From Spirochaetota bacterium (GTDB lineage: Bacteria > Spirochaetota > UBA12135 > COTS27 > JAFLEE01), in assembly GCA_017302015.1 (NCBI GenBank), contig JAFLEE010000014.1, positions 5,097 to 69,096 on the forward strand: a stretch of 64,000 nt of DNA. The letters run 5' to 3'. The notes below the pieces were generated by a model. That model searched no databases and was not told the origin of the DNA. It was given only the letters and a program-made list of their open reading frames with translations. Both the position numbers and the translations under genes were made by a program. Below are positions 9,820-20,132 of this stretch, piece after piece; the stretch's first letter is position 1, and each line of letters opens with the position of its first letter.

Positions 9820-10758
9820 ACAGAAAAATCAACCCTTCGCCGGGGAGCCGTGGGTGCCATTTCGGATACCGGGGGGAGGGAATCGCCGCCAGGTCGGGAG
9901 TTCCTGGGCCCTATCGTTGGATTCTACTCAGGATCCCGTGGACGATGCGAAGACGCTTAGTGTTCTCCGGGACGACGCTGGCCGAGCGGGGCGCCGCATT
10001 CATGATCGACCTCTCGCCGAAAGTGGCGACCGCGCAGAGGGTGCGGCGCTTTTGCACCCACGGCGCCACCCTTTTTTCCAAGGGGCTGGTCAAAGGCAGC
10101 ACGATCGGGTGCCGAAAACACAACCGCGGCTTCGATGCCCCCATCGGTCGCCCGGTGTGCACCCGTGTGCGTGCCCCGCGGGGTCCACCCGGCGAGGGAA
10201 GTCGACGGGTTCACCCAGATGAAGGCCCGCCCCCGGGATACGGGAGAAAGTGGAGGCCACGACCCCTGGGTTCGGAAGGTCGTCTCCAACCGCCTGGTCA
10301 CGCCTTTCATCCGGGAACACTAACTCGGCTCACCCTCGGGGGCCCCCCTGCCCGCCGATGAACCCGGGCAATTCATGCGATTCGCAATCCCGTCCTTCGG
10401 AAAACGGGGCGTGGCCTAGGCCACGCTCGGTGAACTTGGGGAACTCTATGGGAGGATGCGCCTCCTCGACCAGCGGGCCCGGCTCCCCGGAGCGGTCACC
10501 CGAAACTAGTCCCTGGCCTCCCATCCCGATCCGCGCGCCGTCGGCTTCTATCAAAGCGGCCCCCCGAGCATGATGAAGGCCGTCCGTGAAATACTGGCGG
10601 CTTTCCAGGTTCCAGCAGATCATATCGCGTCGGATGGGTTCTGAGCGCGAGGGAGTGGGCGGTCTCCCCCCCGAACAACCTTCCCACCGCCCTAGCGCCC
10701 CGAAAAGTTCGGGGGAAATGCCTCGCCACCGGACCGCAACCCGAACAAGGAGCCCGTC

Positions 10759-11592
10759 TTGAAGCTACAACTCGCCCGCCACCTCTGGGGCGTCGACCTC
10801 CGCCAGGGTCTGGAGCCCTTCGGTAAACATTGGAGGGATTTCGGCTATCAAATCATCGAATGCGGGATCCCCGGGGATGGTCCCGACCGAGACCTCCACG
10901 CCTTCCGGAAAACCTATGGCTTCGGATGGATCGCCATGGTCTTCACCCGCGCTCCCAAGCCGGGAGGCGGGGTGGCCGACCACCTGCAGAGCCTACGTGC
11001 CCAAATTGAGGCGGCCCTTCCCCACAAGCCCCTCTTCATCAATTCCCATTCGGGGAGCGATACATGGGAATGGGAACAAAACCTCGAATTTTTCCGCGGG
11101 GCGCTCGCGCTTGAAAAGAGTTTCGGAATCGCATTGAGCCACGAAACCCACCGGCAGCGGTCCTTCTCAACCCCGTGGATGACCCGCCGCGTGCTCGAAA
11201 ATCTACCCGAATTGAAGATCACAGCGGATTATAGCCACTGGGTGACCGTATGCGAACGCCTCCTTCCCGACATGGAGGAGACCCTCGCACTCTGCGCCGG
11301 GCGCGCCCTGCATGTCCACGCCCGGGTGGGCTTCGAAGAAGGACCCCAGGTGCCCGATCCCTTCGCCCCGGAGTGGTCCCATCACCTCGCGGCCCATGAA
11401 CGGTGGTGGGAGGAAATTTGGGCCGACCAACGAAGGAGGGGCCTAGCCACGACGACCCTGACGCCCGAGTTTGGGCCCTTCCCCTATCTCCATCATTTGC
11501 CCTACACGCAGGCGCCGGTGGCCGATCTGGCCAAAATCTGCGATGGAATCGCCGCACGTCAACGGAACCGATTCGACCCGAGTCCCCCCTAG
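10759..11592 (+). CDS. sugar phosphate isomerase/epimerase (xylose isomerase-like TIM barrel)
   Basis: 277-aa ORF with ...LFINSHSGSD..., ...ALSHETHRQR..., ...ITADYSHWV..., ...LHVHARVGFEEGPQVPDP... typical of AP-endonuclease 2 / xylose-isomerase-like TIM barrels. Confidence 0.8.
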   Translation: MKLQLARHLWGVDLRQGLEPFGKHWRDFGYQIIECGIPGDGPDRDLHAFRKTYGFGWIAMVFTRAPKPGGGVADHLQSLRAQIEAALPHKPLFINSHSGSDTWEWEQNLEFFRGALALEKSFGIALSHETHRQRSFSTPWMTRRVLENLPELKITADYSHWVTVCERLLPDMEETLALCAGRALHVHARVGFEEGPQVPDPFAPEWSHHLAAHERWWEEIWADQRRRGLATTTLTPEFGPFPYLHHLPYTQAPVADLAKICDGIAARQRNRFDPSPP

Positions 11593-11722
11593 GGCCCCGA
11601 GGGGCACGGTGATTTTCGATCCGCTTCCCGTGGTCGGGGCGGCCACTTCAGGGGCATGGACCCCGCCCACGTCGGCGGCCGGGTGTGGCCCCTTTTTAAC
11701 CGTGGGGAACCGGAAAACTTGC

Positions 11723-11742
11723 TTGACCCCCCCAAAAGTCAA
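11723..11742. promoter_or_regulatory. 20-bp palindrome TTGACccccccaaaaGTCAA about 60 nt upstream of the 11802 gene; candidate operator/-35 region
   Basis: Read directly from the sequence. Perfect 5-bp inverted arms separated by 10 nt. Confidence 0.25.
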
Positions 11743-11801
11743 CCGTGGCCGATGGCTTTGACCGAGCGGTTTCCATGGGCGATCTTTAGGCATGTACTCC
11801 T

Positions 11802-13013
11802 GTGGCAGACCTCGACCTCAAGACCGCCCTCTCCGTCTTCGGGAAAATGCCCCAGGAGAAGATCGCCCTCGTCCTCGAGGCCGCCGTGGAGGTGGCCACA
11901 GATAAACTCACCGGCAAAGATCTCCCCCAGGTGCTCCTGCAGCGCCGTCTCAACGAACTCGAAGCCCAACTCGGCGAACTCGCCGCCGCCCATTATACCG
12001 GTTTTCTGAGAGAACTCGGGCCCGAACATATCAATAGCATCCGCCATTTCGTGCGAATGCTCCTTTCGAAAACCGTCGACCAGGACAAGATCGTCTCGGC
12101 CCTCCGTGGGGTCGGCCTCAAGGAAGACCATATCCGCTCCGCCCTGGCCCTCATGAAGATCTGGGCCCCCGGCAAGATCCTCAAGGTCGCCAAGGGCCGG
12201 GGCCAAGATGAGTTCAGCCTGAAGATGCGGGAGCTCTTCAAACTCTACCTCGATGGCTTCCTCATCCGGGAACCCGTCGGGCGCCTCTGCCTGATTCGGA
12301 TGGCCCTCGAACCGGAAAAGGGCCAGGCGCTCCGCACCCTCCTAGGGGAAATTTCCCGCGTGGACGAGGCGGTACAGAAGGCCCGACCCTTTTGGTGGTC
12401 CGAGGCCCACGATGACAACCTGCAGGAAATCCTTTGGCGGCGCATCCCCCAACTCGTGCTTCATCCCTTGGCTTCCATGGCCGACCAATGGGACGAACCC
12501 ATCCGCAAAGAGTCGCTCATCGCCTTCTTGAAAGAAGCCCAACTCCCGGAATACTTGGCGGAACTCTATCCCTTCCTCGGCGGGGGGCCGGTACTGCCGG
12601 ATCCCCCCGAATCCTGGGAGGAACTCACCCGGGAGGCGGTCCAGGAGGATCCTGCGGGGTTCTATCTGCGCTTCCTCACCGATTGGGCCTTCTTTTACCA
12701 CCAAACGCGGGGGAGCGCGGGATGGAAACGCACCACCGCGAGCGTGGAGGCCCTTCTTTCCCGATCCTCCCTCCTCTTCACCAAGGAAGGGGAGTGGAAC
12801 CTCGACGGGTTCACCCCCGAGGGCAAGGATCTCGTGATGCACGCCTTCGCCATGGGGGCGACCTACCCGGTCCCCGCCGCAGCCCGAATGCGTGATAGGC
12901 TCCGGTTGGAATCCCCGACGAACCTTAACCAGGCGGCGAAGCGCTACCGGCAACTGAAAGCGGTCCAGCAAGGGGGCGCGCTCACGCGTAGTCCCGTGGG
13001 GATCCCGCCCTAG
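11802..13013 (+). CDS. hypothetical protein (403 aa), no domain I can recognise
   Basis: Long GC3-biased ORF from GTG 11802 (MADLDLKTALSVFGKMPQEK...). Predicted helical; no homology I can assign. Confidence 0.55.
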   Translation: MADLDLKTALSVFGKMPQEKIALVLEAAVEVATDKLTGKDLPQVLLQRRLNELEAQLGELAAAHYTGFLRELGPEHINSIRHFVRMLLSKTVDQDKIVSALRGVGLKEDHIRSALALMKIWAPGKILKVAKGRGQDEFSLKMRELFKLYLDGFLIREPVGRLCLIRMALEPEKGQALRTLLGEISRVDEAVQKARPFWWSEAHDDNLQEILWRRIPQLVLHPLASMADQWDEPIRKESLIAFLKEAQLPEYLAELYPFLGGGPVLPDPPESWEELTREAVQEDPAGFYLRFLTDWAFFYHQTRGSAGWKRTTASVEALLSRSSLLFTKEGEWNLDGFTPEGKDLVMHAFAMGATYPVPAAARMRDRLRLESPTNLNQAAKRYRQLKAVQQGGALTRSPVGIPP

Positions 13014-13423
13014 CCACGAAGCGGCCGAACGCGGACGCTTGTGGAAGGTGGATCCACTCGACCCCATCGCCCCAGAATTCGATCTCTGCCCGTTGCGCGG
13101 GGCGGAGCCGATTCCCCTCCACGCGGCATGTCCTCCTGGACACCGCCGATCGGTGCGCACCCTTTCTCCCCGCGCCCCAACTGAAGACCCACCTTGGGCG
13201 CAGCTTCGTGGCGGTAAAATGATCCACCGGGTTCGGGACCGTGATTTATTCTAACCGAGCGGGGGAACGTGCGGGCCTTAGGCCGCCATCGCGCTCGGCG
13301 GCACATTTCAAGGGTCGTGCCTACACCCGAACCCCCTCGAGGATCGGGGCCTGCGGGCTCTTGATCTCGCGGTGGCGCGCCTTCATCCGTTCGAGCATCC
13401 CGGGCTCGCCCCTTGGCGGGCCT

Positions 13424-15856
13424 TCATTCCACGGCCAGCTCAAAGAACGGGGTGGGCCCCGCGTCCAGTTTCGAGGTATCCAAGGCGAGTTTTACCGTAT
13501 CCTTGGAGACGTTTTGGAAGTTCAGGCGACCTTTCCGAGAACCGTCGATGGCCAAGGCCCAGCCCCTAATCCGTGCGGCATCCGGATGTCGAAGGGTCAG
13601 CGTGAGGGCCACGGTCTGCATCAGCACCGGCAAGTTTCCCAGGTTCACCAAACTCACCCGGTCTTCCGAAACCTCGAAATCGCTGTTGAGCGCGTCGGTG
13701 TTCACCACGAGGAGCATGCGCCGGCACTGCGGGATGGGTTTGCCGTCCAGCGACGAGAGGGCGACGACGAGGTCTGACGGCGCGCCTTCGACCTCGAGGC
13801 AGGCGAACTTCGCGGCCTGGCCCTTTTTCAGGGCCGCCGCCTCCGTCCGGGGTGCCTGGACGAAGAGGGACCTTCGCGCGATGTCCATAAGGAGTTCGCC
13901 CGTTTCGGCCTGGAAAATACCCAGAGCCGCGCGGGTCCCGTTTGAAGGCCCCAGGATGGAGGCTTTTCGCAGTTCGGAGACCCACGCCTCGGCATCCGCG
14001 TATTGAAAGGCGCCGCCGTCGCCGCTGGCATGCGTGGTCAGGGTGAGCTCGCCCCCCGTCTGGGGGCTCAGGGTCAGCTGGGCCTCACGGGGACCTTTCA
14101 CCAGCGGGGGCCGCGGGCCCTCCCGATCGATGCCGAAGCGGCAGAGCAGCGAGAGCAGGCTCTGCGCGTCGCTGAGCTTCTTCTGCATGCTGTTGCTCTG
14201 CGTCAAGAAACCCTCGGTGAGCATGACCTTGGCGGTCTTCTCCGACGGGCGCACATCCCTTCGAGCGAAGAGCAGCGTCGCGAGGACCTCGTTGGCCCGT
14301 TGCACGGGGTCGCGGCCGATGAAGAAGGAACCCATGGGGTAGGCCACCCTCATGAGGACGGGTTGGCAATGGGCCACGAGGCCCGAAAATCCCTGGAACG
14401 AGGCGTAGGCGGGAAAGAGCAGGCCGGCTTCATGGCGCAGCCTACCCCAGTACGGAAAATTGTTCTCGGTGATGAACAGCGGCCGATCGACATAGCGCGC
14501 CTGCGCGGCTTTTCGGAAATAGGCCCCCCCGTTTTCGAGGGCGCCCTGTTGGGGGTTCTTCGTCCCCGGCGTATTGAAACCGGTGGGATGGTTGTGGTAG
14601 GTATGGAAGGCGACCACCGTGCTCTGGCCGCGCGCGGCTTGGTTGCGCAATCGCACGACCGTATCGTAGACATGGGTCAGGCCCTTGTAACCCAGCCCGC
14701 GGATGGTTCTCTCGTACCACGCCAACAGGTCTTCCTGCAACCCAAAAAGAAACAGGCCCGCATCGTTCCCACGGGCCTGGTCGTACTCGAGCGCGAATTT
14801 CTTATCGAAGGGGATGGCGTCGAAGGAAGCGAACGCGTCGGCCTGGTCGCCCCAGGCCTGCTTCAGGCGCTCGATGGATCCTGCGTACCGCTTACCCAAG
14901 AAATCACGCCATCGTTCGGCGGCGAGCGCCCTCAGTTCTTCCTTCTGGAACAGGCCCAATTCGGCGATGAGATCCTGCTCGTTCCAGAAGGTCAGCGAGA
15001 CGAGCGCCGCATCCTCCGCCAAGGAGAGGCCCGTATAGGGGTTGCGGTGCGTCAGGAGGGCCTCCGCGCCGAACGCCCAGGCTTTCCGGGCTTCCGGATC
15101 CAGGAGGAGCCTCTCCCGAAGCTGGCGTTGGTCCGCCTCGTCCCAGCGCCCCTTCAGGAAGCCGTTATGGTAGGCGAGATCGAGCGTGTAGTAGATGCCC
15201 GCCTCCCGCAGGCAGGACAGGAAAAAATCCAAGCGCTCCAGGTTCGTCTGATGGAGTTCTCCATCGCACTGCGCGCCGCTGCTTAAGATCATGTCGAGGT
15301 TCTGGAGGCGAAGCAGGTTGTAGCCTTGCCTTCGGATCGCCGTGACGTGGGCCCTCACATTGGCATGCTCCCCTTCCCGATCGGGGGCGAGCATGGAAAA
15401 TTCCAAGTAATTCCTATTTTTCTCGCTGAAGCCCCTCTCGTGGACGATCGAGTCGTAGCCAAAAAAACGCACTGGGGACCCCGGCGTGTTCTCGAAGGCG
15501 AAGCCGCCGTGGGGACCGACGACCACCCGGCCGTGTTTGCCGGCCGGGCCGATTTCCACGAGCGCGCTGAAATCGAGGGCCGAGCCGGCCTGGATGACCG
15601 TCGATGACATATCGACGGGTTTCCACTCGTCGCCCGCGGCGACTTTCCAGGCGTGAAGCGGGACGACCATGAGGAGGGTCCATAGGAAAAAGGAGCCCCG
15701 AACTCCCCAGTTGGGCGCGCCGGGGTTCGATTCCAAGCGGGACCTCAACACCGGCATCATCCATGCTCCTCTCAGTCGGGCGAAAAACGCGGCGAGCCCG
15801 ACGCCAAGGGGGGCGGCGCCTCGTGGGTACGCCTTTTTCGTTCCAGAGTTCATCAT
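13424..15856 (-). CDS. clan GH-A TIM-barrel glycoside hydrolase, probably secreted; start uncertain (possible internal start about 15760)
   Basis: 810-aa ORF with acid/base-like VSLTFWNEQDL and nucleophile-like LFITENNFPYWG motifs, spaced as in GH-A enzymes. Hydrophobic N-terminal region. Confidence 0.75.
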   Translation of the reverse strand: MMNSGTKKAYPRGAAPLGVGLAAFFARLRGAWMMPVLRSRLESNPGAPNWGVRGSFFLWTLLMVVPLHAWKVAAGDEWKPVDMSSTVIQAGSALDFSALVEIGPAGKHGRVVVGPHGGFAFENTPGSPVRFFGYDSIVHERGFSEKNRNYLEFSMLAPDREGEHANVRAHVTAIRRQGYNLLRLQNLDMILSSGAQCDGELHQTNLERLDFFLSCLREAGIYYTLDLAYHNGFLKGRWDEADQRQLRERLLLDPEARKAWAFGAEALLTHRNPYTGLSLAEDAALVSLTFWNEQDLIAELGLFQKEELRALAAERWRDFLGKRYAGSIERLKQAWGDQADAFASFDAIPFDKKFALEYDQARGNDAGLFLFGLQEDLLAWYERTIRGLGYKGLTHVYDTVVRLRNQAARGQSTVVAFHTYHNHPTGFNTPGTKNPQQGALENGGAYFRKAAQARYVDRPLFITENNFPYWGRLRHEAGLLFPAYASFQGFSGLVAHCQPVLMRVAYPMGSFFIGRDPVQRANEVLATLLFARRDVRPSEKTAKVMLTEGFLTQSNSMQKKLSDAQSLLSLLCRFGIDREGPRPPLVKGPREAQLTLSPQTGGELTLTTHASGDGGAFQYADAEAWVSELRKASILGPSNGTRAALGIFQAETGELLMDIARRSLFVQAPRTEAAALKKGQAAKFACLEVEGAPSDLVVALSSLDGKPIPQCRRMLLVVNTDALNSDFEVSEDRVSLVNLGNLPVLMQTVALTLTLRHPDAARIRGWALAIDGSRKGRLNFQNVSKDTVKLALDTSKLDAGPTPFFELAVE

Positions 15857-16347
15857 CGAAGTTCTCCGTGCTTTTAGAGTATGAAATCATCCCGAGAAAC
15901 AAGCAAGGCCACCCGATCCCCTGCGGCATGCCGGATAAGAGCCGGTTCACGAAAAGTTGAATCGCCACTTCCTTTGCTGGATGGTTCTTTTTCCGGGAAT
16001 GAATACTTGCAGAGGATGCATGATTGCAGCGAGAGCCTCACCGCGACATACAGATTCCAGGCGATGGGAGTTTCCTGACCGCTTCGATCGCAGCCTAAAA
16101 CGCCGCCGAGGCAGTTCGTCCGGGAGATCGCCCCTGGAGGCCGCCAACGCGCCCTCGATTAGAATCTGTCTACGGGCCCAAAATATTATAGTAGATTCGC
16201 GTAACGAATGGATGCCCATCCCCGTCGCGGGTCTTACACGGGGCCTATCGTGCGTGGGCTCATCCAGCCCCCACTCCATTTGTGGCTGGCTTGTGGACGA
16301 TCTGACACCGAAAGCCTGCCCGCGCTCCATGGGAAGCGATCCAGTCC

Positions 16348-16734
16348 TTAACCGGGCTCCTCGTGGAATCGCTGCCGGTAAGCCCGGGGGCCCAACCCCA
16401 CATGGCAATGGAACAGCAGAGAAAAATGGGGGTAGGTTTCGAAGCCGCATGCGGCGGCGATGCGCCCCTCGAGCTTGCGTGTCAGACGAAGGAGTCGCTG
16501 GGCGCGGTCGAACTGCTGTGTCAAGTGAGATCGGCGAGGGGGCAGCCCCATGGCGGCGTGGTAGAGCCTGATGAAATAGCTGGGGGCGAGGCCGTATTGG
16601 CCGGCGAGGGCCCCGTTCGCCGGGGTAAGTTGGGCCGTCCGGGGCCATAAATCGAGGCTGGCTTCGAAGGCCGGGCGCAATCCACCCAGATTCACCACCG
16701 GCGGCAGCAGCGGCCGTGGCACCGGGCATCCCAC
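16348..16734 (-). pseudogene. AraC-type HTH (C-terminal half) fragment
   Basis: 128-aa ORF, ...YGLAPSYFIRLYHAAMGLPPRRSHLTQQFDRAQRLLRLTRKLEGRIAAACGFETYPHFSLLFHCHVGLGPRAYRQRF. There is no N-terminal sensor domain. Confidence 0.45.
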
Positions 16735-16755
16735 GCGATGGCCCGCGTCGCCTCG

Positions 16756-17634
16756 TCAAGTCCTTGCCGAAATACGCCTTCGCGTCTCCGGGACTTCGGC
16801 CCCGCGCCAGCGGCCGGGGCTCGTTCCATAATGGCGGCGGAACACCTTGATGAAATACCCGGGCTCGTTGAACCCGCATTGGCGGGCGACTTCGGCGACG
16901 GGGATTTTCCCCGGGGCGAGAAGGGCGCAGGCCCGGCCCAGCCTGAGTTCATCGAGGTATTTATGGAACCCGAGGGAGCCGGCCTCGCGGAAGAGCCTCG
17001 AGATGTGGTCCGGGGATAACCCGAAGCTGCGCGCGACCGAGCTGCGGTTGATGGGAAGGTGGCAGCATTCCCTCATGTGCTCGCGGATGCTCTGGTAGAT
17101 CGAACCGGGGGGATTCGCCCACGCCGCGGCGCTTCCGTGGAACGCTTCGCGGGCCGTGCGCAGGATCACGTGGAAGAGGGCGAGGAGTAGCTCCGGGGAG
17201 CGCCCCTCGCGCTCGGCGGAAACCAAAGCGTTCAGGAGCCATTGCCCGTCGGCGCCCAGGGGGAAACCCGCGAGTTCCTGGTCCTGCGGATCGAGGCCTT
17301 CGGGGTCGGAAGGGGACCGATGGCCGAGGGTCCACCGCATGTCACGGGGAAGGAAGTGGATGCAGAACAAGGTGCGTGCGCTGGCGAAGGAACGGAGATT
17401 CCAGGCGCCGGTCCCTGCGAAAAAGGCGTCGCCCCGGACCAGACGGCGTTGGACCGGCCCCGAGCCCGATAAATACTGGATGGGCAGGGCGCCATGGAGG
17501 ACGATCTCCAAGTGGGGATGGCCGGGAAGCCAGGCCCCCGGTGGGGCCTCGCCGCGGCGGGCGACGAACACGCGTTTGATCCCGCCATTTTCCAGGAGGG
17601 CTTCGAGCGCCTTGAGAACCCGGGAATCGGCCAT
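16756..17634 (-). CDS. AraC family transcriptional regulator
   Basis: 292-aa ORF. C-terminal HTH_18: SVARSFGLSPDHISRLFREAGSLGFHKYLDELRLGRACALL...VAEVARQCGFNEPGYFIKVFRRHYGTSPGRWR. Confidence 0.85.
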   Translation of the reverse strand: MADSRVLKALEALLENGGIKRVFVARRGEAPPGAWLPGHPHLEIVLHGALPIQYLSGSGPVQRRLVRGDAFFAGTGAWNLRSFASARTLFCIHFLPRDMRWTLGHRSPSDPEGLDPQDQELAGFPLGADGQWLLNALVSAEREGRSPELLLALFHVILRTAREAFHGSAAAWANPPGSIYQSIREHMRECCHLPINRSSVARSFGLSPDHISRLFREAGSLGFHKYLDELRLGRACALLAPGKIPVAEVARQCGFNEPGYFIKVFRRHYGTSPGRWRGAEVPETRRRISART

Positions 17635-17756
17635 GTCGTATTTATACCATTACGGACTTATATTTCTTATTGTTTTTACGGTTAGAGCCGCCTATAATGA
17701 CGTATAAATACAATCGGCGAAGCGCGCATCGCGCTGGCCTCGACGGAGCATGACCC

Positions 17757-18893
17757 GTGCAGATCGACCACGCCTTCCCCGGCGGAAATATCCTCCTCGA
17801 AAAGATCGAGGGGGATGACGTCACCCTCCGGCAAGACCTGCGGGATACCGAGGGTTGGTGGTTCTATTGGTGTTTCCGGGTGCGGGGGGCGGCGGGGCGG
17901 ACGCTCCACTTCCATTTCCCGGATACCGGCGAGGCTTGGCAGAGCGTGATCGGGGTGCGCGGACCCGCGGTGAGCAGGGACGAGGGCCGCCATTGGAATT
18001 GGCTGGGGCGGGGATCCGCCTCGGATTTCTCGTTCACCTTCGGCGCGGATGACGACGCGGTCCGCTTCAGTTTCGCCATGCCCTACCAGGAGGATCGCCT
18101 CGAGCGCTTCCTCGACTGCCACGTTGGCCATCCGCGCCTGCGCCGCGAACGCCTTTGCCATTCGCGGAAAGGGCGCTCTGTGGAACGGCTCCATCTCGGC
18201 TGCCTCCACGGGGCGCCTCGTTACCGGGTGGCGCTCACCTGCCGCCACCACGCCTGCGAAATGATGGCGAGTTATTCCCTGGAGGGCCTTCTGGAAGAGA
18301 TCCTGGGCGATTCGGAAGCGGGGGCATGGCTTGGCGAGAACGTGGAGTTCCTCGCCATCCCCTTCGTCGACAAAGACGGCGTCGAAGACGGCGACCAGGG
18401 CAAAAGCCGCAAGCCCCACGACCATGCCCTGGATTACGGGGAGCATCGCCTCTACCCCGAGACTACCGCCCTCGCCGCCTTCCTTCCCGAATGGTCGCGG
18501 GGGAAACTCGCCATCGCCCTCGACCTGCATTGCCCCTCCATCCGCGGGCCGTTCCACGAAGACCTCATGTCGCCCGACCGCCTGCGGGATGCGGGCAATT
18601 GGGCGCGCACGGAAGATTTTTTCAGGGTCTTGGAGAAGGTACAGCAAGGCCCCCTGATTTTCAGGCTTGCCGACAGCCAGGCCTTCACGACCTGGACCGG
18701 CCCCGAGGGGCCGAAGGGACCTGTCGCGGGTCTCATCACTACCTGGGTGCGGACCTTGCCTGGCCTGCGCTTCGGCACCGCCCTCGAAATTCCCTACGCC
18801 AACGCCGGCGGGAAAGAGGTGAACCAGGAAAGCGCGACCGCTTTCGGCCGTGACCTAGCGCGGGCGTTGCATCGATATCTCGCCGACGGATGA
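17757..18893 (+). CDS. M14-family zinc carboxypeptidase-like protein
   Basis: 378-aa ORF with HxxE-like HHACEMMASYSLEG, FLAIPFVDKDGVEDGD and IALDLHCPS (DxHS-like), as in M14 peptidases. GTG start. Confidence 0.6.
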   Translation: MQIDHAFPGGNILLEKIEGDDVTLRQDLRDTEGWWFYWCFRVRGAAGRTLHFHFPDTGEAWQSVIGVRGPAVSRDEGRHWNWLGRGSASDFSFTFGADDDAVRFSFAMPYQEDRLERFLDCHVGHPRLRRERLCHSRKGRSVERLHLGCLHGAPRYRVALTCRHHACEMMASYSLEGLLEEILGDSEAGAWLGENVEFLAIPFVDKDGVEDGDQGKSRKPHDHALDYGEHRLYPETTALAAFLPEWSRGKLAIALDLHCPSIRGPFHEDLMSPDRLRDAGNWARTEDFFRVLEKVQQGPLIFRLADSQAFTTWTGPEGPKGPVAGLITTWVRTLPGLRFGTALEIPYANAGGKEVNQESATAFGRDLARALHRYLADG

Positions 18894-18894
18894 A

Positions 18895-19685
18895 ACGGAC
18901 CGCTTTCGCCGTGGGGAACGGCCTTGATGCGGGCGGTCCTCGTCGAGGACGCACTGCACCGCAACGAGGGGTAACTCACGCCTATGAAAACTTCCATCCC
19001 GCCCTCGTACCCAACCTGTCAGAAAGCCGGGTCATCGAATGGGCCCGGGCCTCGGAGCCCTAGCCCGCCGTCGAAGAGCGATTCATACGTTCGCGGCGCC
19101 ATCTGGAGACCCATGACCCCGAACCCCTGCGCCCCTCGGACCTCGCCGCGGTCGCGGGCCTGTCCGCCTCGCGTTTTTCAAGGGCCTTCCATGCCGCCTT
19201 CGGCGCCTCGCCCATCGAACACCTCATCCAGGTCCGACTGGAGGCGGCGCGCGAGAAACTCCTGTTCACGGTTTTTCCGACCCGCGGGATCGCCTTCGGA
19301 GTCGGTTTCCCCGACGCCCTCCATTTCTCTAAGGTTTTCACCCGCGCCAGGGTCGGGGGCTCCGGGCCTTCCAACGGGGCCAATAAACACCGAACGGGGC
19401 AGGATCTTCCATTTACCCGGCCGGGATGCCGGCCCATGCTTACCCCCGAACGGGAGGTGCTTCGTGAATCATGGCCCAATTCGGTCCATCGCCCTCACGG
19501 GGTCCTCATGCGGTTCAGTATCGGCGCGGAGAACAGGGCGTCCGGCCACCCGGAAAGCCTCTTCGGGAAGACCCTGGAGGAGGTCGGCAGAATGGGCGTC
19601 GGGCCGTCGATGGATTGCGCCATCCATGGGAACTACCTCTATTCCATCGGGGAAGGGAAACTCCGCATCTCCCGACACGCCTAGC
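18895..19685 (+). repeat. degraded duplicate copy (about 85-90% identity by eye, with indels and an internal stop) of 24610-25400
   Basis: Direct nucleotide comparison: gacgcactgcaccgcaacgaggggtaactcacgcctatgaaaacttccatcccgccctcgt... versus gacgccctgcaccgcatcgacggggaactcagcgcccatgaaaacttccatcccgccctcgt... The similarity continues through ...atgcttaccccc/ag aacgggaggtgc... and ...cacccggaaagcctcttcgggaagaccctggaggag... to ...ggaaactccgcatctcccgac. Copy A contains ccctagcc (stop) and deletions. Confidence 0.8.
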
Positions 19686-20132
19686 AAACAGTCGCTCCAA
19701 GATGCCTCACGATCCGCAAGGGCACTCTTTGAACTAGATCCCTTGTTTGCCGCATAAAGATCGACCTCGCGATATCCCTCGTGGTTTATTTTTAGACGGC
19801 CCGGCGATACGAGAATGCTTCGTGAATTTTCCTAGTCCAAAATCTAAACTATTTATACGCCCCTCGATCAGGGATCATTGGATAGCGTTTCCAGTCCAAA
19901 AAGAACAATCCGCACTCGCGTCCCGAGAACGATTTGAACCGAATTCTTGAATCATGATCCCAATCAATTTTTTGACATATCGAACGATGCACACAGCCCA
20001 CAAAATTCTCCAAGCCATCGATAAGGGATCGCGCCCAATCAAGGCGCAAAGCGCTCGTCGTCAGGGGGCCGTTCCTTTCATACCTCCTCGCTGAATACCG
20101 GCGCCGCAGTCCCGGCGGAAATTCGGATCGTT

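Noticed and set aside
15947-16879. 310-aa minus-strand ORF spanning the 15.9-16.9 kb intergenic region
   Set aside because: Pro/Arg-rich low-complexity translation. It overlaps the AraC HTH fragment in another frame and has no start context, so it is probably spurious.
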